Assembly (NCBI GenBank): GCA_964188305.1
Contig: OZ076894.1
DNA: 64,000 nt
Strand: one strand, 5' to 3'
Source of the DNA: Podarcis bocagei
Lineage: Eukaryota
The stretch's first letter is position 1. The number at the start of each line of letters is the position of its first letter. Of this stretch, positions 63,755 through 64,000 are shown piece after piece. Under the pieces are notes generated by a model. The model ran no database searches, was not told where the DNA came from, and saw only the letters and a list, made by a program, of their open reading frames with translations. The position numbers and the translations under genes were made by a program.

Positions 63755-64000
63755 TGTTGTTGTTTAGTCGTTTAGTCGTGTCCGACTCTTCGTGACCCCA
63801 TGGACCAGAGCACGCCAGGCACTCCTGTTTTCCACTGCCTCCCGCAGTTTGGTTAAACTCATGCTGGTAGCTTTGAGAACACTGTCCAGCCATCTCGTCC
63901 TCTGTCGTCCCCTTCTCCTTGTGCCCTCCATCTTTCCCAACATCCAGGTCTTTTCCAGGGAGTCTTCTCTTCTCATGAGGTGGCCAAAGTATTGGAACCT
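63755..64000 (-). mobile_element. BovB/RTE LINE 3' end (runs off window)
   Basis: The - strand ORF end DSLEKTWMLGKMEGTRRRGRQRTRWLDSV...WRALVHGVTKSRTRLND with a (CAA)n tail is characteristic of BovB. Confidence 0.93.

Overview
This is vertebrate genomic DNA, most likely from a lacertid lizard (inferred from Squam1/Sauria and Squam3 SINEs, CR1, BovB and squamate-type hAT MITEs). The + strand carries six internal coding exons of LRBA, covering the linker, the PH domain and the start of the BEACH domain. All six have canonical AG/GT splice sites and consistent phases. The single-exon eye/neural developmental gene MAB21L2 (11348-12427, 359 aa) is nested on the - strand in the ~49.9 kb intron 7700-57632, flanked by CpG-rich DNA and homeodomain-motif clusters. 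The distal half of that intron holds many nested transposons. The main observations are: (1) an intronless, disabled galectin-1-like retrocopy at 59404-59828, just upstream of an LRBA exon; (2) a coding-like, in-frame 19-codon N-terminal extension of MAB21L2 from a UUG in strong Kozak context, plus three upstream AUGs; (3) an adjacent CArG box and perfect NF-kB site in an intragenic CpG island; (4) a young hAT MITE carrying TTAGGG-containing tandem repeats. Gene and repeat family calls come from recall of known sequences, not database searches. Two assembly gaps are present.
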